Assembly (NCBI GenBank): GCA_963784395.1
Contig: CAWARI010000002.1
Span: 406,043 to 470,042 of the forward strand
Origin: an uncultured Alphaproteobacteria bacterium
GTDB taxonomy: Bacteria; Pseudomonadota; Alphaproteobacteria; Sphingomonadales; Sphingomonadaceae
Direction: 5' to 3'
Length of the DNA stretch: 64,000 nucleotides
Position 1 is the first letter of the stretch. The number at the start of each line of letters is the position of its first letter. This document shows positions 44,823-53,794 of the stretch, piece after piece. The translations under genes and the position numbers were made by a program. Below the pieces are notes generated by a model that was not told the origin of the DNA, ran no database searches, and saw only the letters and a list, made by a program, of their open reading frames with translations.

Positions 44823-46364
44823 TTACGCTAGCGACGCCAAAGGCACCCGGATCGTCGCAACAAACCCATCGTCCCAACCGCGAATGATCTTGCCGCGCAG
44901 CTGCCGCTCGATGCTCATGTCGATCAGGGTCGATCCGAAGCTTGGAATCCCGTTTCCGTCGCGCGCCGGGCCGCCGTTTTCGCGCCAATCGAACACCACG
45001 TTGTCGCCATCGCGCGCCACCTCCAGCACGACTATGCCCTCCTCGCTCGCCAACGCGCCATATTTCACCGCATTGGTTGCCAGTTCGTGGAACACCAGCG
45101 CTAATGGCGTCGTCGCCGATTCCTTCACCGCGAAATCCTCGCCGCGCATCTCGACCCGCGACACATCGCCATCAAAATAAGGCGCGAACAGCTCGGTCAA
45201 CATGCCCTGCAACGTCCGGCTCGCGGTGTCCCCGGCGCCTTGCGGACGCACATAATCATGCGCCCGGCCCAGTGCATGAATCCGGTCGCGCAGCCCGTCC
45301 GCCATCGGCTTCAACATCGGCAGGCTTCGCGCCTCGAACGAGATCAACCCACCGACCACCGAAAAGATGTTCTTTATCCGGTGACTCAATTCGCGGCTCA
45401 ACAGGTCGCGCGTTTCTTCCAGGACGCGGCGCTCGTGAATGTCGGTGTTAGTACCGAACCAGCGCGTCACTTTGCCGTCCGCATCTTTCATCGGCAGGCC
45501 GCGCGCCAACGTCCAGCGATATTCGCCATCGTGGCGGCGCAGGCGATATTCGATTTCGTACGGCGTCCCCTGCTCGACCGCTTGCGACCAGGCCGCAACC
45601 GCCAGCTCGATATCCTCGTGGTGCAATGCTTCAAGCCAGCCGTCGCCCAGGTGATCGTCGATCGACTTGCCGGTGAAATCGGCCCAGCGCGCATTGAAAT
45701 AATCGCACTGCCCCGCCGTGTCTGTCGACCAAGCCATTTGCGGGATGGCGTCGGCCAGCGCGTCGAACCGCGCCCGGCTGTCATCCAGCGCTTCCTTGGT
45801 CTTTTCACCCGCCAGCGCGATCCGCCGGTCGTTGATGCGCCGCATCGCTGCGCGCGCCATGACCCTCAGTCCTTGCCGCTGGATAGACGTCAGCCCGCCC
45901 GGCCGCGCATCGGGACTGATAACGCACAGTGAGCCCAACGGCGTTCCGTCGTCCGCGACCAGCGGCGCACCGGCATAAAAGCGGACGAACGGCGCACCGG
46001 TGACCAATGCATTGTTCGCGAACCACGGGTCCAATCGCGCGTCGACCACCTCGTAAATCTCATCGGAAAGCATTGCATATTGGCAAAAGCTCGCCGACCG
46101 GGGCGTTTCCTGCGCATCCAGCCCGCGCCGCGCCAGGAACCGCTGGCGATGCTCCTCGACCAGACTGACCAGCGAAATCGGGGTGTCGCACAATATTCCG
46201 GCGAACTCGACCAGTTCCTTGAGCTCGGGATCGTCCAGCAAACTGTCGGGACCGTGCGCCGCAACAACATCTGCACGATTCGAGACGGCGCTCTCGCTTC
46301 CGCGATCCGCGTCGTTGGACGGACCACTTTCGACGGCCGTTCGCTCAAGTGGTTGCGCACCCAT
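44823..46364 (-). CDS. GAF-PAS HWE-family sensor histidine kinase
   Basis: GAF (SFCQYAM, RFYAGAPL), PAS/PAC (W..ALHHED, YRWTLARG), ELSHRIKN H-box, HELATNAVKYGAL, WRENGGP, FGSTLI. Confidence 0.92.
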   Translation of the reverse strand: MGAQPLERTAVESGPSNDADRGSESAVSNRADVVAAHGPDSLLDDPELKELVEFAGILCDTPISLVSLVEEHRQRFLARRGLDAQETPRSASFCQYAMLSDEIYEVVDARLDPWFANNALVTGAPFVRFYAGAPLVADDGTPLGSLCVISPDARPGGLTSIQRQGLRVMARAAMRRINDRRIALAGEKTKEALDDSRARFDALADAIPQMAWSTDTAGQCDYFNARWADFTGKSIDDHLGDGWLEALHHEDIELAVAAWSQAVEQGTPYEIEYRLRRHDGEYRWTLARGLPMKDADGKVTRWFGTNTDIHERRVLEETRDLLSRELSHRIKNIFSVVGGLISFEARSLPMLKPMADGLRDRIHALGRAHDYVRPQGAGDTASRTLQGMLTELFAPYFDGDVSRVEMRGEDFAVKESATTPLALVFHELATNAVKYGALASEEGIVVLEVARDGDNVVFDWRENGGPARDGNGIPSFGSTLIDMSIERQLRGKIIRGWDDGFVATIRVPLASLA

Positions 46365-46418
46365 AACGGATCGCTAGCGACCCACTTTCAAAAACACAAA
46401 CTTTTGTTTTTAAGGGGT

Positions 46419-47036
46419 TTAATACCCCATCAAGGCAAGCACTTCCTTGCGGCTTCGCTCATCTTCACGGAACGTGCCCATCATCCGACTTGTTGTCATC
46501 ATCACCCCCGTCGTCTGCACACCGCGCGCCGTCATGCACGCATGGCTCGCCTCGATCACCACCGCGACGCCCTTGGGCTCCAGATGATCCCAAATGCAGT
46601 CCGCAACCTGTGCCGTCAGCCGTTCCTGAACCTGCAACCGCCGCGCAAAGCCATGCAAAACCCGCGCCAACTTACTGATTCCAACCACCTTATCACCAGG
46701 CAGATAAGCAATCGCCGCCTTCCCGATAATCGGCGCCAAATGATGTTCGCAATGCGATTGGAAAGGAATGTCTTTCAGCAAGACAATTTCGTCATATCCG
46801 CCGACTTCCTCGAACGTGCGCGACAAGTGATCGGCCGGATTTTCCGCATAACCCTTGGCATACTCCTTCCACGCCCGCGCAACACGCGCTGGCGTGTCCA
46901 GCAATCCCTCGCGCTCGGGATCGTCGCCGGCCCAACGGATCAGGGTCTTGACCGCCGCGGCGACGTCGTCGGGCACGCGCAGCTTGGCCGGAGCCTTGAT
47001 CAAGTCGCCATCGTCTGGACTGCCGGCCATATTCAT
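46419..47036 (-). CDS. folE: GTP cyclohydrolase I
   Basis: [43 protein letters not shown]. Confidence 0.96.
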   Translation of the reverse strand: MNMAGSPDDGDLIKAPAKLRVPDDVAAAVKTLIRWAGDDPEREGLLDTPARVARAWKEYAKGYAENPADHLSRTFEEVGGYDEIVLLKDIPFQSHCEHHLAPIIGKAAIAYLPGDKVVGISKLARVLHGFARRLQVQERLTAQVADCIWDHLEPKGVAVVIEASHACMTARGVQTTGVMMTTSRMMGTFREDERSRKEVLALMGY

Positions 47037-47047
47037 TCCTTGTTTCT

Positions 47048-47124
47048 TGGTGGCCCCGACAGGATTCGAACCTGTGACCTCTGGTTTAGGAAACCATTGC
47101 TCTATCCTGCTGAGCTACGGAGCC
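47048..47124 (-). tRNA. tRNA-Arg (CCT)
   Basis: Reverse complement GGCTCCGTAGCTCAGCAGGATAGAGCAATGGTTTCCTAAACCAGAGGTCACAGGTTCGAATCCTGTCGGGGCCACCA, anticodon CCT, encoded CCA. Confidence 0.95.
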
Positions 47125-47160
47125 GCTCGCGCGACGAGATAGAGATGGCACGAGGCTTAA

Positions 47161-47991
47161 TCAATCAGCGACGGCGCCAATCTCCTTGCGATGCGACAGC
47201 GCCGGAATCTGGCTTCGGACCTCCGAGATCCTCGCCAAGTCGATTTCCGCGAAATGGACGCCATTGCGATCCTCTGCGTCGAGAAGCACCGTGCCCCAAG
47301 GGTCAACAACCAGACTGTGCCCATAGGTCTTGCGTCCATCTTCATGCGCGCCGCCTTGCGCTGCAGCGACAATGAACAGCCCCGCCTCCACGGCCCGCGC
47401 GCGCAACAGGACGTGCCAATGCGCTTGGCCGCTGGGCACCGTGAACGCCGCCGGCACGGTGATGACGTCCGCGCCAGCTTCCGCAAGCGCGGAAAACAGA
47501 GCCGGAAAGCGCAAGTCGTAGCAAATGGTAAAGCCGAGCGTCCCGACCGGCGTATCCCGCACAACCCGTGCCATCTCGCCACCCCGATAAGCGGCCGATT
47601 CACGCCAGCTTTCGCCGGTCGGCAAGTCAACGTCGAACAGATGGATTTTGTCGTAGCGGCCACGGATGGCACCATCTTTGTCGATAACGAACGAACGATT
47701 GACGAACCGTCCGCTGTCGTCCCCAGCATCGAGAGCTAGCGACCCCAAGTGTACCCAGATTTTCAAAGCTGCTGCTGCCTCGCGTGCCGTAGCGAGCAAC
47801 GGGTCGTCCTCTTCCCGGTAAACCGATGCGTGTGCGCGCTCCCGGTTGCTGTCGAGCAAGTTCGACATTTCCGGCGTGAAAATCATTTCTGCACCACCGT
47901 GGGCGGCCATGCCGATTGCATCAACGACGCTCTGCCGATTGGCAGCGGGATCGATACACGTCTGTGATTGGTAAAGAGCGATCCTTGTCAT
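47161..47991 (-). CDS. Carbon-nitrogen hydrolase (Nit/deaminated glutathione amidase-like)
   Basis: FTPE, YDKIHLFDV, ICYDLRFP (E-K-C triad), RARAVE, TYGHSLVVDPWG. Confidence 0.92.
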   Translation of the reverse strand: MTRIALYQSQTCIDPAANRQSVVDAIGMAAHGGAEMIFTPEMSNLLDSNRERAHASVYREEDDPLLATAREAAAALKIWVHLGSLALDAGDDSGRFVNRSFVIDKDGAIRGRYDKIHLFDVDLPTGESWRESAAYRGGEMARVVRDTPVGTLGFTICYDLRFPALFSALAEAGADVITVPAAFTVPSGQAHWHVLLRARAVEAGLFIVAAAQGGAHEDGRKTYGHSLVVDPWGTVLLDAEDRNGVHFAEIDLARISEVRSQIPALSHRKEIGAVAD

Positions 47992-48248
47992 GTGGCGGCG
48001 AGCATCTCCGTAAGTTTCCCGTCCATCTCGAGCGAAAAGAGATCATCGCAACCGCCGATATGCAGGCCGTCGATAAAGATCTGCGGTACGGTGCTGCGCC
48101 CAGCCGACCGCGCAACCATTTCGCTGAACTTGGCTCGGTCGCGACCAACGTCATATTCTCGATATTCCACGCCCTTCATGTCGAGCATCCTCTTGGCCCG
48201 AATACAGTAGGGGCAAGTCACCTTGATGTAGATTTCCACGTCAGCCAA
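47988..48248 (-). CDS. grxC: Glutaredoxin 3
   Basis: TTG start, CPYC, TVPQIFI, GGCDDL. Confidence 0.92.
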   Translation of the reverse strand: MADVEIYIKVTCPYCIRAKRMLDMKGVEYREYDVGRDRAKFSEMVARSAGRSTVPQIFIDGLHIGGCDDLFSLEMDGKLTEMLAAT

Positions 48249-48278
48249 CGGTCACTCCTTGAAAAGGCCTGGGTCACA

Positions 48279-49022
48279 TTAACGCGTAAACGGAGCCGGA
48301 CGCACCACTCGCGCAAAACAAATAGGTTCGACATCCGCCGCGCCGACCTTCAGCAATGCCTTCGCACACGCATCCGCAATGCTTCCGGTGGTGAGGACGT
48401 CGTCAATCAGAATGATCCTCTTGCCTTGAATATCCGCCTTGCGGCTGATCGAAAAGGCACCGCGCACTTCATCCCCGCTCTGGCGGATGTCATTCCTTTG
48501 AGCGGCCGGGTGCGGGTTCGTCCGCCGCATCCCGTCGAGAAGTATCCGCACGCCCGTTCGCCGCGAAATAGACGGCGCGATCAACGCGGACTGGTCGTAA
48601 CCGCGGGTCCAGATCCGGGAGCGATGCAATGGAACGGGGACCAGAATCGCTTGCTTCATTTCGCCTGAGACGAAACGTGGCATGTAACGCCTCATCGTCC
48701 GCCCAAGCGCGACCCGACGACCGTCTGTCAACTTGAGAACGAGTGACCGAGCGTTAACACCATAACCAATTGCATCGCGAGTACGAGCGATGGCGGGAGG
48801 CTTTGCCAGGCAGCGCGCGCACATGTCGGCGTCGGTCGCTTCGAGCGGGAAGCCGCAACACTGAAAGCCATCGTCACCGAGCCAGTCGATCGATGGCCAA
48901 CAGTCCATGCGAAAGGAATGCATATCCTCGGTAATCGCACCGCATCCCCCGCAGCGCGGCGTACGCGCAAGTTCTACGATGGCGCGAATGCCGCGGCTGC
49001 CGAGAGTAATGACGTTGCGCAC
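48279..49022 (-). CDS. comF: ComF family protein (Zn ribbon plus PRTase-like), apparently degenerating
   Basis: LVPVPLHRSR, IILIDDVLTTGS, FARV. Two Zn-ribbon Cys positions are replaced and an internal segment reads in a shifted frame. Start (GTG 49022) is uncertain. Confidence 0.7.
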   Translation of the reverse strand: MRNVITLGSRGIRAIVELARTPRCGGCGAITEDMHSFRMDCWPSIDWLGDDGFQCCGFPLEATDADMCARCLAKPPAIARTRDAIGYGVNARSLVLKLTDGRRVALGRTMRRYMPRFVSGEMKQAILVPVPLHRSRIWTRGYDQSALIAPSISRRTGVRILLDGMRRTNPHPAAQRNDIRQSGDEVRGAFSISRKADIQGKRIILIDDVLTTGSIADACAKALLKVGAADVEPICFARVVRPAPFTR

Positions 49023-49065
49023 AATGCACTTGTTGCCGCGTAATCCACACTGCACAAGCGGCTGC

Positions 49066-49821
49066 GTGCAAAAACCTATCTTCGACATTCGACGCCGCGG
49101 CCTCATCAAGTCGCGCGCGGCACGGAGCCACACGACCCATTTCCTGCTCGATCGCGCATTCGATGACATGATCGATCGGGTGACGCTGGCGGATCACCAT
49201 ACGATTGCGCTCGTTGGGCGCTTTCGCCCCGAGTGGCTCGGTTTTCTGGAGAAGCAGGGGGCGCGCGTCCTCTTGATCGATCCCTCGGCGATTGAGTCCG
49301 GCGACGCCGAAAGCTTGGCTGTTGAGAGCGCTATCGGCGATGCTCTTGCCATATGCTCGCTGGTCATCTCATTTGGCTTGCTCGATCATTGCAATGACCC
49401 GAAGCTTGCGGCTTTCCTCCTTGGGCAACTACTCGCTCCTGAAGGAACGCTCGTTGGTTCGATCGTCGGTGGCGAAAGCCTGACTTTTCTTCGCGGCATT
49501 CTACTGGAGATGGATCGATCAGGCGGCCAAGCGGCAGCACGCCTTCATCCGATGATGGACGGTCAATCCGTGGCTGCACTGCTTGGTGACGCCGGATTTC
49601 AGAATACGGTAGTGGACGTTGACCGATTGCATGTCCGTTACCGTGATTTGCCGCACCTGGTTTCTGATTTGCGCGACATGGGATGTAGTCGAAGCCTCTC
49701 GGCACCGGCGACGCCTATTAAGCCTTCCGCATGGCGGCACACGACGTCGACGATGGGGGTCAAATCGGCCGAAGAGCGATTTGACCTCATCAATTTTGCT
49801 GCACGAAAAGCGCATGGCTAA
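49066..49821 (+). CDS. BioC-like SAM-dependent methyltransferase, divergent
   Basis: FLLDRAFDDMIDR, LDHCND, RLHPMMD, LLGDAGF..VVDVD, LVSDLRDMG. Divergent from comF, the usual alphaproteobacterial arrangement. GTG start inferred. Confidence 0.7.
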   Translation: MQKPIFDIRRRGLIKSRAARSHTTHFLLDRAFDDMIDRVTLADHHTIALVGRFRPEWLGFLEKQGARVLLIDPSAIESGDAESLAVESAIGDALAICSLVISFGLLDHCNDPKLAAFLLGQLLAPEGTLVGSIVGGESLTFLRGILLEMDRSGGQAAARLHPMMDGQSVAALLGDAGFQNTVVDVDRLHVRYRDLPHLVSDLRDMGCSRSLSAPATPIKPSAWRHTTSTMGVKSAEERFDLINFAARKAHG

Positions 49822-49832
49822 CGCTTTCTTAA
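49818..49832. promoter_or_regulatory. CtrA-like box upstream of the first pilin
   Basis: CTAA-cgctttc-TTAA, one mismatch to TTAA-N7-TTAA, with an extra GTTAAC half-site at 49852. Confidence 0.55.
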
Positions 49833-49906
49833 TCGCGGCGCAGAACATCTTGTTAACTAGCCGGGTCTAGTCTCCTCGTTGTGGACCAAGACCAGAGGAG
49901 GGTGGC

Positions 49907-50089
49907 GTGAATGCTATCCGAATGAAATTGCGTACGCTGCGCATCGACCAGCGCGGCGCAACAGCGATCGAATATGGGCTGATCGCGGCCCTGATCGTCA
50001 TTGCGATGATGGGCGGGCTTTCGACGCTTGGCGGTGGCGCGAACGGCATGTGGGGCAAACTAAGCAACGAGGTGAATAACAAGATGTAG
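49907..50089 (+). CDS. Flp family type IVb pilin 1
   Basis: GTG start with RBS GAGGAGG, prepilin site RG|ATAIEYGLIAALI, hydrophobic helix. Confidence 0.92.
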   Translation: MNAIRMKLRTLRIDQRGATAIEYGLIAALIVIAMMGGLSTLGGGANGMWGKLSNEVNNKM

Positions 50090-50128
50090 CCAGGCATCTA
50101 CAGACCGCTGGAGAAGGACACTCTGGGG

Positions 50129-50143
50129 TTAAATAGATATTCA
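50129..50143. promoter_or_regulatory. CtrA-like box upstream of the second pilin
   Basis: TTAA-atagata-TTCA, one mismatch. Confidence 0.5.
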
Positions 50144-50189
50144 CCAATCCCGATCAATAACTGGTAATCAGACCATTGTTGGGCGGAAT

Positions 50190-50351
50190 ATGATGCACCA
50201 GTTTCAGAAGCTTCTTAAAGACATCTCCGGCGTGTCTGCGATCGAATACGCGATCATCGCGTCGCTGATCGCTGTTGCCGCCGTTGCTGGGATGACCGCG
50301 CTTGGTACCAAACAGGGTCAGCAATTCAACAACATCGACAATAACCTTTAG
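50190..50351 (+). CDS. Flp family type IVb pilin 2 (53 aa; absent from ORF track)
   Basis: Manual translation MMHQFQKLLKDISG|VSAIEYAIIASLIAVAAVAGMTALGTKQGQQFNNIDNNL*. Confidence 0.88.
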   Translation: MMHQFQKLLKDISGVSAIEYAIIASLIAVAAVAGMTALGTKQGQQFNNIDNNL

Positions 50352-50363
50352 TCCGCGGCAGGA

Positions 50364-51833
50364 CTATCTTCTGCGCGCTCCGTAAACGACAAGCTTCACC
50401 CGCTGACCGGGCAACAGTCGGCTGTTCGCCGTCAGATTGTTGAGCGACAGGAAGCGTTCCAATTTATAATCCCGATAGGCCATCAAACCGCTAAGCGACT
50501 GAACGGTGTCGCCGCGCTTGACGGCAACCACGTCGATCACCCTCGGTCGAATTGCTGCAGCTTCTTGCGCGCTTATCTTGCGCATACTGTCGACCATCGA
50601 CGTAAACGGACCAATGCCCGTGCCGGCACGGGTCAGCATAACAAAATGATAGACGGTGTCGCGATCCCAACGGTACGCCATCACACTTACATCGACCGCG
50701 CCAGATGAGGTATTTGCGCGACCGACGCTGTACATCGCTTCCAGGCCATTGATCGTTGTGCGGGCCGGCTGCCCCATTGCGACCTGTTGGCGACCTCCGG
50801 TCAATCCATACACGACCTGCGTGATATATTGTTCGACCGAGCCGTTGTAACGCCCGCCACTGAATTGCGCCTGCCCTCCCGTGCCCGAAATCGAGACCGC
50901 GCTCGCGCCATTCTGCATCAGGAACCCGGTTGGGATGCTGAATTGCATACCAAGGTCCGGATGGGTGAACGATCGGCCGTCGACGATGCCCTGGGCTGGA
51001 TCGTCATCGACAATCGCGCCGTCGAGCATGTTCAGGAACTGATCGCGGTTGGTGATTCCCCTGCCCGCCTTGCCGGTGCGCTGTGCCTCCGACTGCGCCC
51101 GCTGCACGCGATTTTCGCTAATCGGATGCGTACTCGCCCATTCCGGGGTCGAACGACCACTATTTCCTTGAATCCGACTTTCGAGCGCGCTTGCACGACC
51201 GAGTGAGGCCAGGATGCGCGGCCCGCCGAGTGGATCATATCCAGCTGCGACAACATATCGCGTTCCCAGCGTGTCGGCCTGATACTCCTGATCGCGAGAG
51301 AAGCTGAGAGTCGCCATCTGCGAATATTGCATCGCACCCTGCGAAATCAGATTGCCGAACGCATTATTGCCGACGACGCTGCCCAGCACGGCGCCAAGGA
51401 CGCCAAGGATGGAATTGCGCTGGGTTGCCGCCTTGCGCTGCTGCGAGTGATTAGCGGCGATGTGTCCGGTTTCATGGCCGAGAACGAATGCCAATTCCGC
51501 CTCGTCGTCCATCAACGTCATCAGCTGTCGCGTGATGTAGACGTAACCACCCGGCATCGCGAAAGCATTTTCGACTGCGCTATTCAATGTCGTGAAGCGA
51601 AAGGACTGCCCCGGGTTGGCGATCCCGGAATAAGCCGACACGCGGCGCCCGACGCCTTCCACATAGGTCGCGCGCGGACCGGTTTCCATACCGCCGAATT
51701 CCTTCACCAGTTCAGGATGCTGTTTCTGCGATTCAGCAACGTCACGCTGGCTGAGGTAACGCTGTTGGGCCGGGGCTGCTGCGGGAAGGATGATTGCCGC
51801 GCTGGCAGCAAGCATGATCAGGGTGTGACGCAT
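50364..51833 (-). CDS. M48 family metalloprotease with C-terminal LysM domain
   Basis: Signal peptide, NAFAMPGG, HETGH, EYQAD, THP, C-terminal VKRGDTVQSLS...NNL. Confidence 0.9.
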   Translation of the reverse strand: MRHTLIMLAASAAIILPAAAPAQQRYLSQRDVAESQKQHPELVKEFGGMETGPRATYVEGVGRRVSAYSGIANPGQSFRFTTLNSAVENAFAMPGGYVYITRQLMTLMDDEAELAFVLGHETGHIAANHSQQRKAATQRNSILGVLGAVLGSVVGNNAFGNLISQGAMQYSQMATLSFSRDQEYQADTLGTRYVVAAGYDPLGGPRILASLGRASALESRIQGNSGRSTPEWASTHPISENRVQRAQSEAQRTGKAGRGITNRDQFLNMLDGAIVDDDPAQGIVDGRSFTHPDLGMQFSIPTGFLMQNGASAVSISGTGGQAQFSGGRYNGSVEQYITQVVYGLTGGRQQVAMGQPARTTINGLEAMYSVGRANTSSGAVDVSVMAYRWDRDTVYHFVMLTRAGTGIGPFTSMVDSMRKISAQEAAAIRPRVIDVVAVKRGDTVQSLSGLMAYRDYKLERFLSLNNLTANSRLLPGQRVKLVVYGARRR

Positions 51834-51914
51834 CGGTAACTCCATTCACTGGCAATCTGAATTTGCCACCGTGAACGGGCACTGAAGCGATATGGTTCCG
51901 AAACGGCGTGGGCG

Positions 51915-52859
51915 TCAGGCGCCGATCGCGAGAAACTTCTTTCGACGCTGCGCCACCAGTTTTTCACCGCTCAGACGCATGGCCGATTCGATTTCCTCGA
52001 CGATTGCATCGCCCAGCGAGTCGATCGCCGCATTCGGGTCGCGATGCGCGCCGCCGAGCGGCTCCGCGACGATTCGGTCGACGACACCAAGCGCCTCGAG
52101 ATCCTGCGCAGCGACTTTCATAGCTTCGGCAGCGTCGGCTGCCTTGTCAGCGGTCCGCCACAGGATCGAGGCGCAACCTTCGGGTGAAATTACCGAATAG
52201 ATTGCGTGTTCGAACATCAGGACGCGATTGGCGGCCGCAAGCGCCACGGCGCCGCCCGACCCGCCCTCGCCCGTGACGACCGCGATCAAAGGCACCGTCA
52301 GTGCAAGGCATTGCTGGGTCGAACGCGCAATGGCTTCCGCCTGGCCGCGCTCTTCGGCCTGAACGCCAGGGAATGCGCCCGACGTGTCAACGAGCGTGAC
52401 GACCGGAAGTCCGAAGCGGTCGGCCAGCTGCATCAGCCGGATCGCCTTGCGATAGCCTTCGGGCTTGGCCATCCCGAAATTATGCTTGAGCCGCGATGCA
52501 GTGTCATCGCCCTTTTCATGGCCAATCAACATCACCTTATGGCCGCGAATCTCGGCAAGTCCGCCGATGATCGCAGGATCGTCGCCGAACGCGCGGTCGC
52601 CTGACAGCGGCATCCAGTCGTCGGTGAGCCGGGCGACGAAATCCTTGAAATGCGGGCGATCCGGATGACGGGCGACCTGCGCCTTCTGCCACGGCGTCAA
52701 TCGCGCATACGTATCCTTGAGGAGCTTGGCGGCTTTCGCCTCCAGTCGCTCGACATCGGCGTCGATATCGATTTCGCCTTCACTCGCAGTCTCGCGCAGG
52801 TCAGCGACACGCTTTTCTAGGTCGGCAATCGGCTTTTCGAATTCGAGATAGCTTTTCAT
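51915..52859 (-). CDS. accA: Acetyl-CoA carboxylase carboxyltransferase alpha subunit
   Basis: YLEFEKPI, ARHPDRP, NFGMAKPEGYRKA, GEGGSGGA, SVISPEGCASILW. Confidence 0.98.
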   Translation of the reverse strand: MKSYLEFEKPIADLEKRVADLRETASEGEIDIDADVERLEAKAAKLLKDTYARLTPWQKAQVARHPDRPHFKDFVARLTDDWMPLSGDRAFGDDPAIIGGLAEIRGHKVMLIGHEKGDDTASRLKHNFGMAKPEGYRKAIRLMQLADRFGLPVVTLVDTSGAFPGVQAEERGQAEAIARSTQQCLALTVPLIAVVTGEGGSGGAVALAAANRVLMFEHAIYSVISPEGCASILWRTADKAADAAEAMKVAAQDLEALGVVDRIVAEPLGGAHRDPNAAIDSLGDAIVEEIESAMRLSGEKLVAQRRKKFLAIGA

Positions 52860-52909
52860 GGTTGGCGCGCGGACTAGGACGCACGGGGGCGGACGTCAAC
52901 GCAATCGCA

Positions 52910-53794
52910 TCACCTGCCTCGTGCCAGTGGATGCCGCTCATTGACCAACTGGACCAGACGATCGCTGTCGACATGCGTGTATATCTGGGTGGTTGCAATG
53001 TCCGCATGTCCGAGCAGGGTTTGCAATGCTCTCAGGTCGGCGCCTCCCGCTAGTAGATGCGTCGCGAAGGCATGCCGAAGAACATGAGGACTCACCCTTT
53101 CGGGTGCAATCCCGGCACGCGCGGCGATCCCTCGCAATAGCTGGAACAAGCGAACGCGGCTGAGATGCTTCGTCCGGCTTGGAAAAAGGAACTTGCTGTC
53201 GTCCGGCACATGCGCCGACCACGCTTCAACCGCCGCGGCAGCACGCTGCGATACCGGGACAAGACGCTCTTTCGATCCCTTTCCGCGCATGATCAGGAAG
53301 GGTTGCCCCGGCCGAACGGCACGCCGCGCGAGCGACACCAGTTCCGTCGCGCGCAGTCCGGACCCGTAGAGCAATTCCAGCAATGCCAGATCGCGCAGCG
53401 CGGCCGGTCGGCCGCTTGCCGACAATTCCTCGACGACCTGGAACATCCGCGCCACTTCGTCCTCGTCGAGAATCCTCGGCAGAGGTCGAACGAGTTTGGG
53501 GCGCGCAAGCGCAGCCGAGGGATCGTCTTCGCGGAGACCCTCGTCGTGAAGGAAGCCGTAAAATCGACGAAGGGCCGCCGATCTCCGTGCGAGCGTCGAT
53601 CCTGCCAGATCGCTCCACGCGGGCGCAAGACCCTTCAATGCCTCCATCGACGCGGATCCGAGCCCGTCGGACAGACTTTCGGAAGCCGCCTCCAAGTCAT
53701 TGCGATAGGCAAGCAACGTATTGCGCGAGGCCCCTGCCTCCGACGCCAGCATGTCGAGAAATCGGTCGACCAGCGCGCGGTCGTCCGCCTTCAC
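52910..53794 (-). CDS. xerD: Chromosomal tyrosine recombinase XerD
   Basis: SRNTLLAYRND, LYGSGLRATEL, GKGSKER, SPHVLRHAFATHLL, LGHADIATTQIY. Next to accA. Confidence 0.88.
   Translation of the reverse strand: MKADDRALVDRFLDMLASEAGASRNTLLAYRNDLEAASESLSDGLGSASMEALKGLAPAWSDLAGSTLARRSAALRRFYGFLHDEGLREDDPSAALARPKLVRPLPRILDEDEVARMFQVVEELSASGRPAALRDLALLELLYGSGLRATELVSLARRAVRPGQPFLIMRGKGSKERLVPVSQRAAAAVEAWSAHVPDDSKFLFPSRTKHLSRVRLFQLLRGIAARAGIAPERVSPHVLRHAFATHLLAGGADLRALQTLLGHADIATTQIYTHVDSDRLVQLVNERHPLARGR

Noticed and set aside
47048-47124. tRNA-Arg(CCT) as the insertion site of an island spanning folE to the HWE kinase
   Set aside because: The gene directly downstream is housekeeping folE, and there is no duplicated tRNA end or integrase. 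Only the compositional skew was kept as a minor finding.
52910-53794. Tyrosine recombinase as the integrase of an island or integron
   Set aside because: Its sequence and position beside accA fit housekeeping XerD. No attC arrays or cargo lie next to it.
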